DNA of 64,000 nucleotides from Gekko japonicus (taxonomy: Eukaryota): contig NW_015169796.1 of NCBI RefSeq assembly GCF_001447785.1, positions 62,001 through 126,000 on the forward strand. Direction: 5' to 3'. This document shows, in pieces, positions 41,362 through 64,000 of this stretch. Positions within the stretch are counted from its first letter, which is position 1. Each line of letters opens with the position of its first letter. A program made the translations under genes and the position numbers. Under the pieces are notes generated by a model that was not told the DNA's origin, did no database searches, and worked only from the letters and a program-made list of their open reading frames with translations.

Positions 41362-44300
41362 GGTAAAACTGAGACTACATTGAGGGGTAAGATGCTGACC
41401 AGAAAAGTGCCAAAGTAAGGAACAAGTCATAAGAAAATGTCATCTTAGGGTAGGGTTGCCAGCTCCAGGTTGGGAAATACCTGGAGATTTTGGGGGTGGA
41501 GCCTGAGGAGGCCGGGAGGAAGGTCCGCCTTCCAAAGCTGCCATTTTCTCCATGTGACTCCATCTCTGTCACATGGAGATCAGATGTAATAGCGGGAGAT
41601 CTCCAGTCCCAGCCACCACCTGGAGGTTGTTAGTTAAACAAAAGATACAAAAGATCAAACCGTGCATAAATAACAAAACACATATATATTCAGCATACAA
41701 TGAGTATGATAATCTAACCCTATATAAATAGTGTAGCTTTTCAAAAATACAATATGATAGTCAGAAAGTCAAAAATACATGGTCCAAATACACAAACAAT
41801 CCTATTAATCCACCTTCAGAAAAAGTCCAAGTCAAATTCCTCAAACAGTGAAAAGTCCAAGTATAAATGTTTATAATTCCTCTTCGAAAAACTCGTCTCG
41901 CCACTTGCGTATCCACTTAATGGCCCCGCCAGCTTCCAGTTGTCGTATCGCCTTGCTTCCTCAAAAGTGGAACACCAAAACCGCCCAGCTACAGTATTGT
42001 TGAATAATACACAGCATCTTTTTCATTCTTAATGTACATCAGACCCACTACTGGGATGAAGGCTGGCAACCCTATGGTAGAGGCATTCCCAGCATGGCGC
42101 CTGCTCTGACACCTTCCTTGGTACTCGCTGAGTATTTTAAGAAATTGGGTGGGGCCGGGTGGGGCTTTCCTCCAGCAAAGCTTCTGATTGGCTGTGCAGA
42201 TCTTTGAAAATGTTGCTTTGGCAGCAGCTGCTACCACAACACAAGGATCTTCATTGTGTGACTGAAGGTTAGCTGCGACGGCCATATTGTGGATGGTTCA
42301 GCCTCCTGCGGGAGCCATTTTGTGGCTGTTTCCACTCAATTGTGTCAGGATTCTAAATTTGCCCGCAGGGTCAAAAAGGTTGGGGACCCCCGTCTTAGAA
42401 TGTACTGTGATGTTATGCAATAAAGAACTGCTCAGATGCCATTTTCTTACTCTGTGTTCCTTGATCTGAAGCTCTTCTGGTCACCATCTTATCCCTCAGT
42501 CTCAGTTTTAGCTACAGCCTGTGGTGGTGACTTCCACAGTCTAACAACACTACAATGTAACACCCAGGGGTGCCATGGCATCTATCTACCTTGACTCCTG
42601 TTTGCTTTGTGAATGTTGGGGATAAAACTGAAAGGCTTGTGAATGGAACAGGGGCGAAACAGAGGGAGGGACCTCTCCCTACCAAGCAAGAGCACTGAGC
42701 TCTTTCTGGGCAGGCACACACACCCTTGACTTTCATACACCGGCTTTCATGCATACAAGCTTTCATACATTGGCTTGGAAACTTCTCCCCACGGTAATGC
42801 AGACAGCATACCTGGAAGGAAAAGAACACTGAGATCAAGATACTGAAAATAAAGACAGTTTATTGAGCAGAATACAAAATGTACTCCCAGAGCAATTGTA
42901 AACAGGGCTACGACCTTCTATTGAAGTTAGAGGGCTTAGAAAGGTATAACTTTTCATAGGACTGCACTCTTAAGCAACCAGAAGAATATCAAGCATGCAA
43001 ACAGCACAAAATACTAGCATGCCCACAAGAGATGTAACTATTCCAAACACCAAAAGTGAGAAGACAGACGATTTGAAAGAAAAGAGCAGAAAGGAAAACA
43101 GAGGTTTGCATTGCCTTTGATGATAGTGTGCCGAGTGGAGATTCATCTTGAGAGATTCCCAAGAGTCCAAGCAGCCAAAAATCAAATAGAAATCTTGGAA
43201 CTGCACAGACTGGGGGGGGGGAGAGCCAGTCAGAGGGGTACTTGCCACAGTCAGAGCAGAAACTCCAGCTTGTGTCCAGGTCACAGTCCAAGGGGGAAAG
43301 CATGTGGAATCTGCCATTAAAGGTAGGCGTGATTACTGCAAAGGAGGTGAAATCCATGAAAGTTGGACAGCAGGATGCAACAAGATCTGATCAGGGAGCA
43401 CAATTTCGGGGAAGATTCTGGCTANNNNNNNNNNNNNNNNNNNNNNNNNNNNNNNNNNNNNNNNNNNNNNNNNNNNNNNNNNNNNNNNNNNNNNNNNNNN
43501 NNNNNNNNNNNNNNNNNNNNNNNNNNNNNNNNNNNNNNNNNNNNNNNNNNNNNNNNNNNNNNNNNNNNNNNGGAAGGGAACAAGAATTCAAGTGAGCTTA
43601 GCCAGGACTTTCTTGACTGGTGGGTAAAGTTGCTGAGCCCTGGGGACATCACCAAATAAAAGGTGGGGCAGTCGTGGACAGGTTGGTTGGTTAGTGGAGA
43701 TCCTGATTGCTTCATTGGAATGTGGGACGTTCACTCTTGAGACATGTGAGAAAAGTGAAAACTTTACTGAATAGAATGCCGAAGTAACCTGGAATTTTAT
43801 TGTTAGGGGGAACTGATACAAAACCTTGAATGACTGGCAAAAAAAAAAAAAGAATAAAGGTCTGTGAGCTTAACAATACAATCCTAAACAGAGTTCTACC
43901 CTTCTAAAGCTATTGACTTCAATGGCTTAGAAGTGTGTANNNNNNNNNNNNNNNNNNNNNNNNNNNNNNNNNNNNNNNNNNNNTCAATGTCACTCTCATT
44001 GTTCCCTGATAGAATCAGGCTGGGAAGTCCCAGTCCTGCCACCTCTCCCCCCAGACTCGCCCTCTGACCTGTAAATGTCCCCACATATTTCAAGGGGTCA
44101 ACATGAACGGTGGAACAGCACACTCCTCAGTACATGGCCCTCCCTTAGGTTAGTTCACTTATCAACAGCCAGAACAGGTAAGTTCTCTGTTGTGTGGCCA
44201 GTACCTTTCAAATGGCTTCATCCCCCCCCCCTTCAGAAAACATACAGCAGCATTTTATTTCAGTGATTTTTTTTTTTGTGGAGGGTAAAAAAACCACCTT

Positions 44301-44443
44301 GTCAAGAAGGTGTAATTGGGAATGCCTGGATATGGTTTTGTCTAGGTATATTTTGACTCGGTTGTGTTGTTGTTTTAATTTTTACTGAAACTTGCTGTTG
44401 TCAGTGTGAGCTGCCTTAAGTCTCAGGAGACAGGGGGGATATA

Positions 44444-44831
44444 TGTTAAGTAGCAAACTTAACAAAGAGTCGTAGAGTGATTCAGCAAGAATGCAGCTTT
44501 TATTCTTCAACTCGAACTCACTTCCAACACGGATCAACATCAGTCAGACAGAACAACTTTAACACAGCAGCTACTCTGTATTTAAACATTCCCGGCTAAT
44601 ATAGCCACGCCCACTGTACAAATAACAACCTATCAGGTTGACTAGATAATGACCAATCACAATCGCTCCCGCTCTGTAATGTGATTGGAAGACACATCCT
44701 GGGCTAGTGCTCCTATTGGTTACATTAGGATCCTAGCCCAGGCCGAAGCTTTACATGAGATGGCAATGAGCTGGTTCACATACACCAGTTCCATACAGTT
44801 AGTGCATTCAGGTCCTTCTGAATACATAACA
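44444..44831 (-). mobile_element. Solo LTR (388 bp)
   Basis: TGTTA...TAACA termini, 5-bp TSD atata (44439-44443, 44832-44836). On the minus strand: CCAAT boxes, GC box, TTTAAATA, then AATAAA in U3-R-U5 order. Confidence 0.85.
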
Positions 44832-45199
44832 ATATAACTGCTAGAAAGGAAGGGAGAAAGGAAGGATGGTGCTTCAGATAGTGGAAGCTTAATGGTAACA
44901 AATTGTTTGGCCTGGAGGGGGCTGCATAGTCCACAAAGAAATCTGAGCTCAGTCTCAAATAAATTGGAAATTTCCACCAGTTCCCGCCTCCCTGCTCCTG
45001 ACTCCCTTCATGCCATTCTTCAGGGTCCCCTATGCCCCAGGAGCAGTAGTTCATGGAGATCTGTGGGGTGCACTGAGAAGCAGGGAAGTTCCATACCATT
45101 TATGCCAAATGTACAGTGCAATCCTAAACAGAGTTGCATCCTTCTGAGTCGATTGAAGTCAATTTGTTTAAGGAGATATAACCCCGTTTAGGATGACAG

Positions 45200-45559
45200 A
45201 GGCCCCGGTCACACTGGCCGGATATCGCTGGGGGGGGGCGTGGCTAGGCGCATTTTGATCCGCAATTACACAATCAGACATGCCAGCGGCACACCACGGG
45301 TCCTTCCCTCGGAGCCGGCGGGTAAACAAGGGACCGGAGGGGAATGCCGCGTGGTGGCGCAATCACACCACGGGAGTCTGGAGGCAGCCCGTGGCAAACA
45401 TTTACTAGTACTTTGGAGGTACTACCTTTTTAACGCGCAGTTTCGGCGGTAAGCCACGGGTGCGCTCCACTTCCCAGATGTTGGGGTGTGATCGTGCCCG
45501 GATAATCCGCCCACCATCCGTGCCTCTCCTGCAGCAACTTTGCCGTGTGACCGGGGCCA
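45200..45559. mobile_element. PIF/Harbinger-like MITE, CpG-rich
   Basis: Perfect 14-bp TIR core ggccccggtcacac, 3-bp TSD cag. Confidence 0.8.
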
Positions 45560-48500
45560 CAGTAGGTCTGGATCCAGCCCCTTTTTTCTTTTTACCCAAT
45601 GGAGTGGGCATGTATGGAGGAGCTGACGAGGGGAAGTTGTATTGCTCCCTGTGACTTTTTTTTCTTCAATTGCATGTAACATTGTTTATTTCAGAGCCTG
45701 TGTAGAGTACCTTAGCCACACAAATATGCAAAAATGAGAAAAAGGAAAGGATTTTGTTGGGTGTTTTGTGTTCAAGAAGATTAGCGTTTTCTTTACAAAT
45801 ACAGATGTCAGTATTCTCAGGAAGAGGTCCCATGCCTGCCTGTTTGCTTTGCAGAGCTTGTGCAATGAAAGCTGAGGTCACACAGAAGTCAATCATCTTT
45901 GTCCTGAGATAGTTTCATTTCATTTCCCCCTCCAGCGAAGAGTGTTTCTCCTTATGCTGCTGGTAAAAAGATGACTAGTCTCTCCTGTGAGACATGCCCA
46001 GTTCCCCTCATGGCCAACTAAGGCAATGCTGTACTGAATGCTGTACTGAAGATCACAAGCACAGAGAGACAAATCCTATTTGAGTAGGTGACACACAACC
46101 ATTTACCACGTACAGCAAACACAAGAGCATTGAACGCACCATCTGGCAGGAGGGCTGTGTTTTCCCAGTTGCAGTTTTGTTACAAATACCACGTCCCCAT
46201 GATGTCAGACCTGCCTGGAGAGGAAGTTGGGGTGTACATTGTGGGCTACATGCAACAGGCCAGAAACAAATGTACATTTATTGTGTGAGCCTTGTGGAAA
46301 TATTTAGCTATTATTTGAACGTTTGTGATGTGTTTTCGCCCTAGTGGTCTGAAAACACTGTCCCCTGGAGGGAGGTGCATTCTGCAGAGAGGCTGGGGAG
46401 GTTGCCTGGCAACGGGACAGGAGAAGGAGGAGAGTGGACTCCAAAGGAGAGCAAGGGAAGAAGCAAGGGCTTCTTCTCCTGAGTGAGTGGAGAAAGTCTG
46501 AAGAAGTTCCAGAGGGGAAAAGCCTCAGGAGACAGGGAAAGGCAGTTGGCAGAAGTGCGCCCATCTTCTGCCACTGGCCTCTGATCCTGAGTGTTTATTG
46601 GCCTTCTCCTGTGGGACTGCGAAGAAAAGTGGCTTCTTAGAGTTTGTGAAGCAGAGAGACCTCTGGAGCATGCAAGGAGATAACTGAAGTAAATCTAAAA
46701 ATAAATAAATAACTGAATTAAGTCTCTATCATGCCTCCTATGGGCCATTTTAGAGTGTCTCAGTCTGCAGAACTAGGTCTTCCATCATGCCCAGGAACAT
46801 TTTCTTCCCTTTGTTTTTTTCTTGTTTTATGTATTTCTCTAGTACTTTTTTATTCCTCCAAGCACTTCAAGTCGTACACATCATTTTCTTATAAGAACAT
46901 AAGAACATAAGAGACGCCAATGTTGGATCAGGCCAATCCAGTCCAACACTCTGTGTCACACAGTGGCCAGAAATACCAGGTGCCATCAGGAGGTCCACCA
47001 GTGGGGCCAGGACATTAGAAGCCCTCCCACTGTTGACCCCCCCCCAAGCACCAAGAAGACAGAGCATCACTTGCCCCAGAGCCCCTATCTATACCTTGTG
47101 GCTAATAGCCACTGATGGACCTTCTCCACCATTCTCTTGATAGCAATCTTTTGCAGTAGGTTGAGAGGAATTTCACTGGCTCAAGGTTACTCAGTGAGTT
47201 TCTCAGTCAAATGGGGATTCAAATGTGGGTCTCCCAGATCCTAGTCCAGGGCTCTAACCCCTGCACCATACTTGCTCAGTATTTTAACACATTTGATCCT
47301 AGAAGTAGAATCTGTTGCTTTAGATGCAAACTCTGTGACTGTTAATCTCTCACTGTTGGTTTTATTACTGAAATAAACACAAGGTCAAGAAGCCTTTGGA
47401 GAATAAGCAACCTGATTTAAATAAAGGGAGTTCTGAAAACTCTGGACTTTGAACCCCACATTAACTGCCAGTCAGGAAAATACAACGCAACAGGGATATT
47501 GCTTGCATGAAGGGATATACTCATTAAATGAAGGGCGCAAAAGCCCAATTGCTCTGTGTTAGGTGCTGTATCAATGGGTTATTCAGTGATGTGTGCATTG
47601 AGGAAAGAAATAACAATCACTGCTTGCGAAATGTTCTGCCTATGAAGTAGATGTTGTTTGTTTATTTTATGCTATCCTGCTTTTCACCCTAATGATAACC
47701 CAAAGCACCTTAAAACACCATTCCCTGCTCCTTCATTCTATCATCACAATAACAACCCTGTGACGTAGGATGAGCTGAGACAGTGTGCCTGGTCAAAGGT
47801 CACCCAACAAGGAGAGTGGGGATTTCCAGATCCTAATCCAATACTCTAAACACTACAGTATGCTGAACTCTACCATGTATAGAAAATGAGACCATAAAAT
47901 TGCGTTGTGTGGGGAAGAGAATATTTGTATTTCATGGACAGAAGTGGTATTAAAGTAGATCCTGTATTAAGGGAGTACTTTAGGATGTATGTGTGGTTGT
48001 GAGTAGGTAACCTGGTTACTGTATATCGTACTGTTCTAGGACAGCATCATAATTTACTGACTGGATCACAGAGTAAGGAAATTGAATATGGTTCTGACAC
48101 AGTATGCAGGCTATCACAGATATCTTAATGGGAAACCTCCTGCATTATATTCAAAGGTGGGCTGATAGGTGGTGTCCTTACATGGGTGCTCTTTCTACAT
48201 GGCATCAAGAATTTGATATAATGTTTAGTAAGCAAATATTTTGACAGACCAGATCTTGGAGGAAAACATATCTTCTCTTAAACTTAACTTGTGATGAAGC
48301 TGTATTTAAACATAAACAAAATTTATTATTTTTTAAAAAATCTTTATTCTACTTGAAAAATTTATAAGTAGACATCACAAACTTGCCATTCTTCTTATTT
48401 TTCTTTTTTTTCCCCCGAGAAGGAAAAGATGACTTTTGTGACCCAGAAAAAGGAAGCAAAACATGCTGATTCATTACTGCTCTTTATTCTACTTGATTCT

Positions 48501-48671
48501 CAGAAACACTGTTTATATTTATGGTTGACATTACTCTGCAGCAGAGGACAGACAGAATTCTCCACATGCTCCTGGGCAATCAGATTTTTTACTTTATATG
48601 TTGGGACCCAGATAAGGAAACTCTGTAGCAGTGGACAGGTGGCACTGAACTTTATTACTTTATGTATTTGG

Positions 48672-49430
48672 ATTTGAGTCTAGTAGCACCTTAAAGACCA
48701 ACTAGATTTTCAGGGTATAAACATTCAAGGGTTAAAACTCCCTTCCTCAGACACAAGTAGGACTGGAGATCTGACTCTTTTTATCCCGGTCAGATGGGTT
48801 GACATCAAACTCTCTGCATCAGAAATCAGGTCATTCCCTGTGTGAAAGAATAAATGGACATAAATCTGACATTAAAAACAGCAAAACTCAAAAACCAACG
48901 GGAGAACATTTTTATCTTCCAGGTCATTCCATTGCTGACCTAAGAGTGGCAGTCCTCAAACAAAGAAACCTCACGGGGAAATTAAAATATGAGATTGCTG
49001 AACTTGAGTTCATTCACAAGTTCAGAACAATGGACACACACACACACCCAGGACTGAATAGGAACACAGGATTCTTATCTCACTACAGATGCTAATTTTC
49101 TGCTTCCAGGCATTTCCCCTCTCCCCTAATCAAGCTGATTACAATATGCATTGAGTCCAGTGGCACCTTTAAGACCAACAACATTTCAGACTTTGTTCTT
49201 TTGCTTCAGACCAACACAGCTACCCACCTGAATCTACAAAGTGTATTATACCTTTGCATCCTTTACAAACATTCTTTACAACACTCCTCCCACCTTCTGA
49301 CTGGGATAAAAAGACTCAGATCTCCATTCCTATCGGTGTCTGACAAGGGACCTTTGACTCTCAAAAGCTCATACCCTGAAAATCTTGTTGGCCTGTAAGG
49401 TGCTATTGGATTCAGATCTAATTGTTCTAC
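48672..49430 (+). mobile_element. Penelope-like element remnant: GIY-YIG endonuclease C-terminus between ~125-bp inverted repeats
   Basis: ORF 48799-49095 (SLCERINGHKSDI...EHFYLPGHS...VAVL...E.EFI...GLN) is typical of the PLE GIY-YIG domain. Arms at 48672-48797 and 49292-49420. Confidence 0.8.
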
Positions 49431-49436
49431 TGCAGA

Positions 49437-49770
49437 TAGATTCAGGTGGGTAGCCATGTTGGTCTGACGCAAAAGAACAAAAACTGAGTCCAGTGGCACC
49501 TGTAACACCAACAAAGTTTAAATCTGGGTATAAGCTTTAATGTGCATGCACAGTTCTTCAGATACATTGAAACAGACTTCCTCAAGCCTTACATATAGGC
49601 AGAGATAGATTAGGTGGGTAGCCAGGTTGGTCTGAAGCAATAGAACAAACTGATGAAGTGTGCATGCACAGGAAAGCTTATCCCCAGAATTAAACTTTGT
49701 TGGTCTTAAAGGTGCCACTGGACTTAAACGTTGTTCTACTGCAGTCCAACATAGCTGTCCGCTGAAACTA
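49437..49770. mobile_element. Additional PLE terminal fragments in both orientations
   Basis: gagtccagtggcacc / ggtcttaaaggtgccactggac motifs and tgtgcatgcaca palindromes. Similar fragment at about 33070-33185. Confidence 0.7.
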
Positions 49771-50298
49771 CTTATGTTTGGGTCCGGTTGACGTTATTCT
49801 GCAGCAGAGGAGGCACTCTGTACATGCTCAGGGGCACTACATTTTATTATTTTATGTTAGATCTGGTGTTATGATCTGAATTTGAGATTACTCTGCAACA
49901 GAGGAGAGGAGGCACATGCTGAGGCTTCGAGTGAAGTCACCCTGCATCGGAGGTCAGCTCTGCACATGCTCGGGGATACCATTTGTGAAAGCACCCACGG
50001 CTGCTGAGTTGGGGCTGGAAGGAAGCCGTCGCTAAGCATGCGTTCCCGCCTTTCCCCGGCACAGCCTCCCTCCTCCGCCCCAGCTAGCCCCGCCGGGGTT
50101 CTCCTCGGCCTTCCCCCTCAGCACGCTGGCCAGCTCCTTTCCCCGGCCCCGCACTGCCACCCCCCCCCCGCCCTTCCTTTCCCCGCCCGGCACTTCCGGG
50201 TCTGTCGGACTTGAGCAAGAGGAGGGAGGGGTCGGGGAACCAAGAGAGCCTATTTCAGCGCCTGCGCAGTGGCGCTGCAGCCTAGACAGGGAAATAAG

Positions 50299-64000
<13,702 letters not shown>

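Noticed and set aside
41630-41990. A-rich segment with faint hammerhead-like motifs (minus strand ttgaggaagcaaggcgatacg)
   Set aside because: The core is too degenerate to support a call. It is possibly another PLE remnant.

Overview
This is squamate reptile genomic DNA, most likely a gecko judging by the repeat families, from a draft assembly with seven N gaps. It holds two head-to-head genes. On the minus strand is a complete SLC18A1/VMAT1 with 15 coding exons (37931 down to 10277; 1563 bp CDS, 520 aa, all GT-AG). On the plus strand is the 5' part of ATP6V1B2, starting in a CpG island (exons 1-6 and the first 11 nt of exon 7; 50299 to the window end). The rest is mostly transposable elements: Sauria SINEs, tRNA- and 5S-derived SINEs, CR1/L1/L2 remnants, hAT and Harbinger-like MITEs with visible target-site duplications (TSDs), Penelope-like (PLE) fold-back elements, one solo LTR, a 61-bp minisatellite and several tandem duplications. 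No new multi-gene system is supportable. The best leads are: (1) a solo LTR with promoter motifs and a splice donor pointing at the SLC18A1 first coding exon; (2) a PLE cluster with hammerhead-ribozyme-like motifs next to the ATP6V1B2 promoter; (3) substitutions at normally conserved VMAT1 transmembrane positions. Repeat boundaries without TSDs are approximate.
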